32,000 bases of DNA from an uncultured Chloroflexia bacterium (GTDB lineage: Bacteria > Chloroflexota > Ktedonobacteria > Ktedonobacterales > JADMIN01): positions 360,001-392,000 of the forward strand of contig CAVRAI010000003.1 of NCBI GenBank assembly GCA_963718915.1, written 5' to 3'. Position 1 is the first letter of the stretch; every line of letters begins with the position of its first letter. The notes beneath the pieces are model-generated. The model saw nothing but the letters and a program-made list of their open reading frames with translations, did not search any database and had not been told where the DNA came from. The translations under genes and the position numbers were made by a program. Shown here piece after piece: positions 1-7,671 of this stretch.

Positions 1-1866
1 CGCGAAGTCGTTGAAGGTGGCGGCAGTAAATCCCAGCGCGAAGAGGCCCGCGTAGCCGGAGTGTGGCGCGGGCGGAGCGGCGTAGGGATCGTAGACACTG
101 CCCAAAAACTGGCCGTTGGCGTAGGCATAGTACATTGCCCCAACCACCACCAGCATCAGCCGATTCGGCACACCGACTCCGGTATGAATCGCGGCGCTGG
201 CACTACTTAAGGTAAGGAGACGCCATCCATCGTCGTTGTTATCGTCCGCGCGTGGGGGCTGTTCATGAGTGAATGACCACGTACCCTTAAGAGGATCGAC
301 ATCGAGGATAATCTCGTCGACCTGTCTCCCCTGGTCTGCCCCATCCTCAACACGAGCGACCAACCCAACATCGGCGCCATATTCGGATGCGTCTTGCACG
401 CGCACCGTGACTGCGACTGCCACGTCCGCATAGCGTGCGCCCTGCCAGACAACGTGATCACTGTAATTTGGACCGCTGTTGATGGTGTAGCCGCCATCCG
501 TGAACGCGAGGCTCATGGCATCTTTGTCCGATGTCGGCGTGTGAACCGGCCAGCCGTTTGTGTTACTGATCAGCGGATCGCTGAAGAGTGGCGTCTCGTT
601 GGCGACCCGCGCCGACCATGTGCTGAGATATGACTCGGCTTGATGATGCTCGAAGAGCCAGCCACCGCAGAGGCTTAGAATGACGACCAGCAGCGCCAGG
701 GCATTGAGCCAGTAGAAGCGGGGCCGCAGACGCACCGGTCGCGGCGGCCTGGCGCTCTCGACGCCGAACAGAGAGATAGGGGTGACGGAGCCGCCGTCGC
801 CTTCGCGCAGCGCAGTGAGCGCGGCCAGCAGCGATTTACGCGGATCGAGATCATTGGAATAGGCTTTCGGCTTTGACGAAATCGGCGCCTCCCACGCGCT
901 CAGCACATCCGCGCTGGCGGTCACATCGCGTAAAGGGCGGCCAGAGCGCGCTACTACTATCTGGCACAGCAGAGCGCTGGTGGAACGTTCGGCCACTCTG
1001 GCGCGCCAGGGCACTATCCATGCGAACGTCGCATCGTTGCTCAGGAGCAGATAACTATAGGCGGTGCCTGAACTGAATCCCGATTTATGGCGATGGATAC
1101 AGAAAGCCACGACATCCTGCCAGGCAAGCGTCTGCTCATGTCGCCGCCAGCTGCGCGGCTGCCAGCGGATGCCCCACTCGTCCACGGCAAGCAATCGCTG
1201 GCGCCGCATCGGCAGAAACGCGCCCCAGCCGTAGGACATGATCTGCGGCCCGGCGTAGAGGGTGATGATTTTTTCGCAGAAGAAGATGCCATAGACCAGC
1301 TGGAATACGCCCATAACGGTTGAGAGCGAATCGTAGTAGCTCGTCGCGGGCGCTCGGCGCAGAGAAATGACGGTAAGAGTAATCGCTCCGATGGTGAGGA
1401 TAAGGGCAACCACCGTGAAGACGACAGCGACTCTGCTGACACGCGCAAACCGGAGCGGCCATCGCCTCGTCGTGAGATCGGCTGATTGTTCAGGGGTGAG
1501 CGCTGGCGGCTGTTCCAATGCCACCGGCGCGATGGAATCGTTTCCTGCGAGCAGAGCGTTGCGCACGATGCGCGCGCCAAACCAGCGAGCCAGTGGTGGC
1601 GCAAACATCACTGTGAAAAGGACCGTCGTCAACGGCGCGATGATACATGTACAAAAGAAGATGACAAGAGAGAAGGTATCGGTTGGAAATGTGTCAATGG
1701 GCAGCAGCGCGCCATACTGAATGAGAAAGACGAGAAAGACGAGCCAGCCCCACGCCAATCCGATCCCCAGCCATTGTATAGCGCGTCCGCGCCGCCACGT
1801 CGCCTGATACGCCGCTGGCGACATCCCCAGCAGCGCGTTGAACTGGTCGCCCGAGGTTGTGGCCAT
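1..1866 (-). CDS. Partial CDS (C-terminus lies beyond the left edge): polytopic membrane protein with a C-terminal jelly-roll/lectin-like (DUF1080/LamG-like) domain
   Basis: The minus-strand frame is open from the ATG at 1866 to base 1 with no stop. It is absent from the supplied ORF track, apparently because no stop lies in the window. GAAAGAGGG sits ~10 nt upstream of the ATG. My translation begins MATTSGDQFNALLGMSPAAYQATWRRGRAIQWLGIGLAWGWLVFLVFLIQ and contains several hydrophobic helices. It ends with ...GGYTINSGPNYSDHVVWQGARYADVAVAVTVRV...NRLMLVVVGAMYYAYANGQFLGSVYD, which resembles a concanavalin-like fold. The domain name is inference. Confidence 0.7.
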   Translation of the reverse strand, partial: MATTSGDQFNALLGMSPAAYQATWRRGRAIQWLGIGLAWGWLVFLVFLIQYGALLPIDTFPTDTFSLVIFFCTCIIAPLTTVLFTVMFAPPLARWFGARIVRNALLAGNDSIAPVALEQPPALTPEQSADLTTRRWPLRFARVSRVAVVFTVVALILTIGAITLTVISLRRAPATSYYDSLSTVMGVFQLVYGIFFCEKIITLYAGPQIMSYGWGAFLPMRRQRLLAVDEWGIRWQPRSWRRHEQTLAWQDVVAFCIHRHKSGFSSGTAYSYLLLSNDATFAWIVPWRARVAERSTSALLCQIVVARSGRPLRDVTASADVLSAWEAPISSKPKAYSNDLDPRKSLLAALTALREGDGGSVTPISLFGVESARPPRPVRLRPRFYWLNALALLVVILSLCGGWLFEHHQAESYLSTWSARVANETPLFSDPLISNTNGWPVHTPTSDKDAMSLAFTDGGYTINSGPNYSDHVVWQGARYADVAVAVTVRVQDASEYGADVGLVARVEDGADQGRQVDEIILDVDPLKGTWSFTHEQPPRADDNNDDGWRLLTLSSASAAIHTGVGVPNRLMLVVVGAMYYAYANGQFLGSVYDPYAAPPAPHSGYAGLFALGFTAATFNDFA

Positions 1867-1990
1867 TCCTGGCTATTCCCTCTTTCACCCGCATACCAGC
1901 GCGCCTGCGTGCAGACCTTCCTTACCGCTAATAGCCCCCTCAGCATACACCGCTCGTCAACTGGAGAGTACGCTGCGCTCACCCGTAAAG

Positions 1991-2660
1991 TTATCCACAA
2001 CTTGCGAAGTTATCCACAATGATTGTGGATAGGTGGGCATTGGCGCGCAATGTCCCATTTTTCCAGCAGTTCGCCACAACAGGGAGATTTTCCAGCGCTG
2101 ATGAAGACTCACTGCCTCCGTGGATAACAGGCCTGAAAATGTGGACAACTCGCCCCTTGTGTGCATAAGTAGGCGCCCGTGTCATCCTCCAGATGACCCC
2201 ACTCACCTCCCCACACCCTGTGGATAACCGTGTGGAAAAGCGCCAAAGGAGGTGGATAGGTAGTGGGTAGCGCGTGGGGAGTCTTTAGATCAATGCAGCA
2301 TGCCATCATCCACATTGTGGGGAACTGTTGTTGAGAGATCGTGGATGGCTGTGGATGGGTCGCATCCTATCCACCTCGTTCGTGGATAGCCTGCGGCGCG
2401 TATCCACAGCCATCCACAATCGATGGGGATATTATCCCGCATTTGCCACGAACGCATCCACATTGAGAACGATGCCCAGACAATCGGTCAATGTGTGGCG
2501 CCCCTGAATTCAAGGGACATATCATGCGTTACGCAAACGTCGCTCACACTTATCCCCAGTATCCACCGGCCCTATTACTATGACTGCTATTTCTCTTAAT
2601 AAAAAAAGATCATAAGAGAAGGAACATCACCAGAGGCTGTGTTGTGTTGGGATATCCACA
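1991..2660. other. Dense DnaA-box cluster; putative chromosomal replication origin (oriC) or other DnaA-binding locus
   Basis: Perfect TTATCCACA at 1991-1999 (+), 2010-2018 (+) and 2219-2227 (-). One-mismatch boxes at 2024-2032, 2119-2127, 2140-2148, 2231-2239, 2306-2314, 2400-2408, 2550-2558 and 2652-2660. Two-mismatch boxes that keep the ATCCAC core at 2251-2259, 2350-2358, 2367-2375, 2381-2389, 2410-2418, 2454-2462 and 2559-2567. An AT-rich tract lies at 2573-2620 (cctattactatgactgctatttctcttaataaaaaaagatcataagagaa). I see no credible coding frame. Confidence 0.7.
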
Positions 2661-2849
2661 CAAAAGATTTCAGATCAGTGTCACACCCCATACAAGTAAG
2701 GCACATCGTCAAGACCATTACCAACGCGAAATATCAATTCGCAAAAAACACGAAGACCAGGTTCTGGGCGCCTGGCCTTCGAAGGGGAGGGGAGGAGATT
2801 GTGAATTGTCTCTCTGACCCAAGAATACATCGCACTGTTATATAGTCAC

Positions 2850-2886
2850 ATCAGGTAAACACCTGATATCGTATCAGGTAAACACC
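2850..2886. repeat. Two 14-bp direct repeats ATCAGGTAAACACC (2850-2863 and 2873-2886); the first lies within the palindrome TCAGGTAAACACCTGA (2851-2866)
   Basis: Read directly from the sequence. The repeats sit between the DnaA-box region and the stop codon (2894) of the minus-strand MarR-fusion gene. Confidence 0.8.
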
Positions 2887-2893
2887 CTAGTAT

Positions 2894-3991
2894 TCACCGG
2901 GTCGTGATGGAGACCGAGGCGACGGAGCTTGCGAGTTCGATGTCATAGCCTGGGGCGCTTCCATCGTAGTCGGCGCTTTGCATTCGCACGTCGTTGCCCA
3001 CAGCGGTGTACGATTGATCGTCGAAGACAAGTGAGGGCGCCCAGCCTTTGAGATGGACGCGCGCGGCGACCCCCGTGGGACGCCGAATGATGACCTCCGC
3101 CGCTCCGCCACTGATTCGTAGCGGAACCACACGCGAGGGCGCGGGGAGATTCAGCTGGAGCGCGCTCATTCCACCTTTGAATTCCAGCCCGATAAGATCA
3201 AGGCCACCTAGTTCCGCGCTGACGGCCGCAGCCCCGCCACGAAACTCGATCTGCCACGGAATGGCGGCGCTGAGTGTCACCTCCGCCGCGCGCTGACGCC
3301 AGTCGAGGAGCCGCGTGCGCCGCGAATAGCGGACGGTCACCACGCCGTTCCTGGCCTTCACCTCCGGCGCTGGCCCCTCGAAACGCGCGCGGTACAACTC
3401 GTCCATCCCAGCGTCCGCGCGCAGGGTGAGTTGTACCGCGCCAGTAGGGAAGATGAGCCGACCGCTCACCACATCTCCGAGTGGCTCGGCGAAGATCCCC
3501 TGCTCATCCGATGGCGCTTCACGCAACCGGATGATTTCTTGCTGGGAGCGCGCGTTGCTCTGTGCGAGGAACTCCAGAATGGTGGCGATCTGTTCGTCGT
3601 CGTAGTGTGAGGCGATCTCCTCCCACGCCTTCCCGATAGATGCGAAGACCGCATTGATCTCGCCCATGGTGTCCTTGCCTGGGACGAGCCGGACGATGAC
3701 CCGGCGGCCATCTTCGGGATCGCGCTCTCGGAGCACCAGCCCCGACTCCTCCAGTCGATTGAGCATCCCGGTGATTGCTCCGGTCGTAAGCCCTGTCAGC
3801 TCAGCAAGCTGACCTGCGGTTGTCGGGCTGGCGCTTTCCAGGATATCCATCACCTCGATATCCGTGATGGTCATCTCCGTCCGGGCCGCCACCGCCCGGT
3901 AGAACGATGCGCCAAGTCCAGTGAACCGCCGCAACTCGCGCGTAAGTTCCCCAAGCAACGCCACATGCGTTTTCTGGGTACCCCTTGACAT
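2894..3991 (-). CDS. MarR-family winged-helix regulator fused to a beta-rich LiaF/DUF4097-like (toast-rack type) C-terminal domain
   Basis: ORF 2894..4054. I prefer the internal ATG at 3991 (MSRGTQKTHV...), which has GGAGGA 7 nt upstream. The wHTH motif is GQLAELTGLTTGAITGMLNRLEESGLVLRERDPEDGRRVIVRL. The C-terminal half shows repeated GG-x-beta-strand units (FRGGAAAVSAELGGLDLIGLEFKGGMSALQLNL...ISGGAAEVIIRRPTGVAARVHLKG), typical of LiaF-type domains. The C-terminal domain name is inference. Confidence 0.8.
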   Translation of the reverse strand: MSRGTQKTHVALLGELTRELRRFTGLGASFYRAVAARTEMTITDIEVMDILESASPTTAGQLAELTGLTTGAITGMLNRLEESGLVLRERDPEDGRRVIVRLVPGKDTMGEINAVFASIGKAWEEIASHYDDEQIATILEFLAQSNARSQQEIIRLREAPSDEQGIFAEPLGDVVSGRLIFPTGAVQLTLRADAGMDELYRARFEGPAPEVKARNGVVTVRYSRRTRLLDWRQRAAEVTLSAAIPWQIEFRGGAAAVSAELGGLDLIGLEFKGGMSALQLNLPAPSRVVPLRISGGAAEVIIRRPTGVAARVHLKGWAPSLVFDDQSYTAVGNDVRMQSADYDGSAPGYDIELASSVASVSITTR

Positions 3992-4015
3992 GCTCACGTC
4001 CTCCATGTACATTGT

Positions 4016-4040
4016 TATTAACTTAGTTACTAAGTTAATA
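4016..4040. promoter_or_regulatory. 25-bp perfect palindrome TATTAACTTAG-tta-CTAAGTTAATA; candidate MarR-type operator in a divergent promoter region
   Basis: The 11-bp arms at 4016-4026 and 4030-4040 are exact reverse complements. The site lies in the AT-rich 138-bp gap between the regulator start (3991, -) and the ABC ATPase start (4130, +). Confidence 0.55.
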
Positions 4041-4129
4041 TAGATTTGCTTCATTTAGCTGCTAAACGTGATTTCTGGATTTCCCTTAGCGGCTCAGTGA
4101 ATTGCATTGTAGCATATGGAGGTGTCCCG

Positions 4130-5086
4130 ATGATGATCGAAACGCGGGGACTGCGCAAATCGTTTGGGGATCACGTGGTGCTCGATGGCATTGACCTGAA
4201 CGTGGCTGAGGGAACAATCTTTGCGCTGCTTGGCCCCAATGGCGCTGGCAAGACGACGGCGGTTCAGATCCTCTCGACGCTTATTAGCGCCGATGGCGGC
4301 AAGGTGCGGGTTGCGGGCCACGATCTCGACAGGGAGCCTGATGCGATCCGCGCGGCGATTGGCGTGACCGGACAGTTCTCGGCGGTAGATAATCTGCTCA
4401 CCGGCGAAGAGAATCTGCTGCTGATGGCAGACCTGCATCACCTGGAGCGACGCGAAGGCCGCAAGCGTGCGGCGGCGCTGCTCGAACGCTTCGAGTTGGT
4501 CGATGCGGCGAAGAAGAGGCCAGCCACCTACTCCGGCGGTATGCGACGTCGGCTTGACCTCGCGATGACCCTGGTTGGCGACCCGCGCATTATCTTCCTC
4601 GACGAGCCGACCACCGGCCTCGATCCGCGCAGCCGCCACACGATGTGGCAGATCATCCGCGAGCACGTGGCCGACGGGGTCACCATCTTCCTGACCACGC
4701 AGTATCTGGACGAGGCGGACGAGCTTGCCAACCAGATCGCGGTGCTCGATCACGGGAAGCTGGTTGCCGAAGGCGCGCCCGACGATCTGAAACGCCTCAT
4801 CCCCGGCGGCCATATCCGCCTCCAGTTCACCGACATGGGTGCGCTCGATGCGTCCGCCCGCGTTCTGGGCAAGGTGGCACGCGATGACAACGCGCTCAGC
4901 CTCCAGATTCCAACCGACGGCAGTGTCCGGTCGCTGCGGGCTGTGCTTGACCAGCTCGACCATGCGTCCATCAAAGTTGAGGGGGTATCGGTGCACACGC
5001 CCGACCTCGACGACGTCTTCTTCGCGCTCACGGGCCAGCCAAACACGCTGGATGCCGTTGAGACACAGAAAGGCGATAGACGATGA
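4130..5086 (+). CDS. ABC transporter ATP-binding protein, DrrA/ABC-2 exporter type
   Basis: Walker A GPNGAGKTT, signature YSGGMRRRL and Walker B IIFLDEPTTGLD. I chose the ATG at 4130 (MMIETRGLRKSFG), which is preceded by GGAGG. The longest ORF starts at 4046. Confidence 0.9.
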   Translation: MMIETRGLRKSFGDHVVLDGIDLNVAEGTIFALLGPNGAGKTTAVQILSTLISADGGKVRVAGHDLDREPDAIRAAIGVTGQFSAVDNLLTGEENLLLMADLHHLERREGRKRAAALLERFELVDAAKKRPATYSGGMRRRLDLAMTLVGDPRIIFLDEPTTGLDPRSRHTMWQIIREHVADGVTIFLTTQYLDEADELANQIAVLDHGKLVAEGAPDDLKRLIPGGHIRLQFTDMGALDASARVLGKVARDDNALSLQIPTDGSVRSLRAVLDQLDHASIKVEGVSVHTPDLDDVFFALTGQPNTLDAVETQKGDRR

Positions 5087-5898
5087 CCACGCTTCCATAT
5101 ACTTTGCGCGATTCGGCGACGATGCTGCGGCGCGATGTCCGGCACTCGCTGCGCAATCTCTCGATGACGATAAGTGGCCTGCTGACGCCGGTGGTCACGA
5201 TGGCGCTGTTCATCTATGTCTTTGGCGGAACGATGGGCGCTGGCCTTGGTGGTGTGGCGCATGGCGTCTCCTATGTCAATTACGTCGCGCCCGCGATTCT
5301 CATCATGACCATCGGCAGTGGCTGCTCGACAACCGCAGTGAACTTCTGTTCCGATATGGCCGAGGGCATTATCGCGCGCTTCCGCACGATGGCGATCTCG
5401 CGCGCCTCGGTGCTGACCGGGCTGGTCTTCGGCAGCCTGATTCGGACGATGATTACCATCGCCCTCGTCATCGGGGTTGCGTTGCTCATGGGCTTCCGCC
5501 CGTCCGCGAGCCTTGGCGGTTGGATTGCGGCGCTTGGCCTGCTTGCGTTCTTCACCCTCGCGCTCACGTGGATGGCGGTGGTGTTTGGGCTGATTGGCAA
5601 GACGCCAGAGGGGGCCAACGGCCTCTCCCTCATCTTCCAGCTCATTCTGCCGTTCACCAGCAGCGCGTTTGTCAACCCGCAGTCGATGCCAGCTGGAATC
5701 CGCTGGTTCGCCGAGTATCAGCCCTTCACTCCCGTCATCGACACACTGCGGGGCCTGCTGCTGGGTACCCCGGTTCCGAACAACAGCGCGATTCTGGCCA
5801 TCACCTGGTGTATCGTCCTCACCCTGGTCGGCTACCTGTGGGCGCGTGTGGTCTATAACCGCAACGCCGTGGCGAATAACCTCAGCTCCGTACGATAG
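5083..5898 (+). CDS. ABC-2 type transporter permease (DrrB-like)
   Basis: ATGA start/stop overlap with the upstream ATPase (5083-5086). The 271-aa protein has about 6 hydrophobic helices and an ABC-2 membrane-protein pattern. Confidence 0.9.
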   Translation: MTTLPYTLRDSATMLRRDVRHSLRNLSMTISGLLTPVVTMALFIYVFGGTMGAGLGGVAHGVSYVNYVAPAILIMTIGSGCSTTAVNFCSDMAEGIIARFRTMAISRASVLTGLVFGSLIRTMITIALVIGVALLMGFRPSASLGGWIAALGLLAFFTLALTWMAVVFGLIGKTPEGANGLSLIFQLILPFTSSAFVNPQSMPAGIRWFAEYQPFTPVIDTLRGLLLGTPVPNNSAILAITWCIVLTLVGYLWARVVYNRNAVANNLSSVR

Positions 5899-6041
5899 GC
5901 TGACCAACCGAACTGGATCTGCTTTGATGATGGGGTATAGGCCGAGCGCCGTGAGGATTGATAGCATGTCCATCTGAATTGTTGTCTATCGAACGCGCCG
6001 GAAACGCAGCCCGAAGGCCCCAGCGGATGGGCGGAAAAATT

Positions 6042-6065
6042 CGCCGTAGCGTTTACGCTACGGCG
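6042..6065. repeat. REP-like hairpin CGCCGTAGCG-ttta-CGCTACGGCG (member of a repeat family also found at 21406-21427 and 21569-21590)
   Basis: 10-bp perfect stem with a 4-nt loop, between convergent genes (stops at 5898 and 6102). The flanking sequence 6010-6041 resembles the reverse complement of 21428-21482 (cgctggNggccttcgg...). Confidence 0.75.
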
Positions 6066-6101
6066 CGCCTCCTCATCACAACGATCCAAACGGATGTCGT
6101 A

Positions 6102-6941
6102 TCAGTTGTCGGAATTGTCGAATGTGCTACGAGCGGGACCACTCGTGCCGGACGTTTCGAGCGCATCGAGCACGCTGGCGATATCGGCGGCGACCTCCGT
6201 GAACATGTGTGGCAGCCATTCTTCTGGATGTGGCTCGCCCTGGTGATAGGGCGACTGGCGGCGCGCGCGGCCAAGTGTCATGTGGCCCTCACGATACTCC
6301 TCAGCCACATGAAAACCACTGACACCCTCGGGATCCCAGAGCGGTAGTTCCACCCGCTGTTGTAGCGTGAGCGCCTCGGCCTCCATGCTGGTATCACCCA
6401 ACGCCAGCGCGACGTTCGAGCGCGTCTCCACGGCGCGGCTGCTATGTTCCGATGCGCGGAGCTTGACCAGGCGCGCGATGGCCTGTAAGTTGATCGCGCC
6501 CAGATCAATATGCGCCAGTGGAAGGCTATAGGAGAGGTCTATGACCAGCGGCAGCACATTTTCCGTGTGCAGATGCGGACACGACTCATCTGGCTCGTGA
6601 AAGAACTCACAGACGCCTTCAGCGCCATCGATGGAGAGTGCGGTATCCAGCGGCCCCCAGGCGAATGAGAGCGTGCAGACGGCGCGATGCTCAGCCTCTT
6701 CGCACGGGCCAGGATGCAGCGTGCAGGCAAACTCGCGCTCCAGCGTCTGCGTGTTCAACCAGAATTCTGGATGAACCGAGAGGCCGGTTGCCTCCGCCGC
6801 GCTCAGGAACAATTCGGTGAGGTCTTCATAGGTAACCATAGTTGGGCAATCCCTCCCGCCGACGAACTGTCTGTGACCGCTATCCTGCCCAAACAACGAC
6901 ATTGCGGCTTCGCGGAACGCAGTGGGTTTATCATACAACAA
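6102..6941 (-). CDS. Hypothetical acidic protein with no recognisable domain
   Basis: 279-aa ORF with coding-like composition. An alternative start is the ATG at 6839 (MVTYEDLTELF...), with GGGAGGG about 11 nt upstream. I recognise no motifs. Confidence 0.6.
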   Translation of the reverse strand: MLYDKPTAFREAAMSLFGQDSGHRQFVGGRDCPTMVTYEDLTELFLSAAEATGLSVHPEFWLNTQTLEREFACTLHPGPCEEAEHRAVCTLSFAWGPLDTALSIDGAEGVCEFFHEPDESCPHLHTENVLPLVIDLSYSLPLAHIDLGAINLQAIARLVKLRASEHSSRAVETRSNVALALGDTSMEAEALTLQQRVELPLWDPEGVSGFHVAEEYREGHMTLGRARRQSPYHQGEPHPEEWLPHMFTEVAADIASVLDALETSGTSGPARSTFDNSDN

Positions 6942-7076
6942 TCGCTACCAAACACAGTATCGGTTGGCGCGTCGACGATACTCACGTCGGGTATGTCGTT
7001 GTTGCGATTCACCCACCGGAGCTTGATGGCCCAGGAGAATTTCCCCGGTCTGGCGTGGCGCTCTGACCATTCGCCG

Positions 7077-7450
7077 TAGCATGATGCAGGTTTACAAAAT
7101 AGGAGGGGCACGCCAGGAGGCGGGCGACTGAAGTCGCGCCTGAAGGGCCTCGCCTGCTGCGCCGCGCGCCTCCGCACGCTGCGCCTGCTGCGCCTGCTGC
7201 GCCTGCTGCGCCTGCTGCGCCTGCTGCGCCTGCTGCGCCTGCTGCGCCTGCTGCGCCTGCTGCGCACGCTCCGCCACGCAACCCGCCTGCGCGGGGTGCC
7301 CAGACCCCTGCGCCAACGGCTCGCGCGTTGGGACACGGTCTGGGAGTCCGCGACGACGGACTTGGTGGCCGCAGGCCCCAAAGGCGCGGTTTGAACCGCC
7401 CGCGCCCCTCCGCGCATGTCCCTCGTACTTTCTAAAACTACATCATGCTA
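7077..7450. mobile_element. MITE-like foldback element (~370 bp) with ~80-bp imperfect terminal inverted repeats and TA at both flanks
   Basis: The left arm reads (ta)gcatgatgcaggtttacaaaataggaggggcacgccaggaggcgggcg...gcgcctgaagggcc. The reverse complement of the right arm reads (ta)gcatgatgtagttttagaaagtacgagggacatgcgcggaggggcgcgggcg...gcgcctttggggcc. By eye the arms are about 75% identical. There is no transposase ORF, and the centre carries a tandem repeat. Confidence 0.45.
7181..7263. repeat. Tandem repeat (GCGCCTGCT) x ~9
   Basis: Perfect 9-bp periodicity read directly from the sequence. It generates the spurious QAQ / RRS / AAG repeat ORFs in the track. Confidence 0.95.
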
Positions 7451-7580
7451 GGGCCTGCCTCGCCCACCACGACGTGCGGTGTTCGGCGTACATAGTAAAA
7501 CCACATCACCCTCCGGCCTGCCGCTCCCGCGCTCACCAACCATCCAGGTGCGAGACGACGACTGGCCGACAACAGGCAGC

Positions 7581-7615
7581 AAAAAGCCCGCCGCCACTGG
7601 AAGGTGAGAGCGGGC
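7581..7615 (-). terminator. Candidate intrinsic terminator downstream of the 496-aa membrane protein gene
   Basis: The minus-strand RNA reads GCCCGC-(18 nt)-GCGGGC followed by UUUUU (plus-strand aaaaagcccgcc...gagcgggc). It lies ~60-90 nt after the stop at 7672. The loop is rather large. Confidence 0.4.
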
Positions 7616-7671
7616 CGAAAGCATGCGGCATGCGTGGTAGAAACGTATATGAGAGATCTCTCTGCCGTTGG

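Noticed and set aside
1957-2315. Short ORFs (1957..2166 -, 1991..2206 -, 2109..2315 -, 1838..2032 +) inside the DnaA-box region
   Set aside because: They are composed of repeated DnaA-box translations. They have no RBS and no coding-like composition, and the region is better explained as a non-coding origin-like locus.
4094-5973. Long antisense ORFs (4094..5098 -, 334 aa; 4750..5973 -, 407 aa; 4839..5858 +, 339 aa) overlapping the ABC transporter genes
   Set aside because: They are Arg/Pro/His-rich low-complexity translations without motifs. These are typical shadow ORFs of GC-rich DNA. The ABC ATPase and permease frames carry clear family motifs.
7181-7263. Possible CRISPR array (also considered for the 11-bp repeats at 9434-9466)
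   Set aside because: The repeats are contiguous with no spacers, the units are only 9-11 bp, and there are no cas genes. These are simple tandem repeats.
6803-7417. ORFs with RRSRRS, QAQQAQ or AGAAGA repeats (6803..7417 -, 7092..7316 -, 7009..7281 -)
   Set aside because: All three are simply the three frames of the (GCGCCTGCT)n tandem array inside the foldback element. They are not real proteins.
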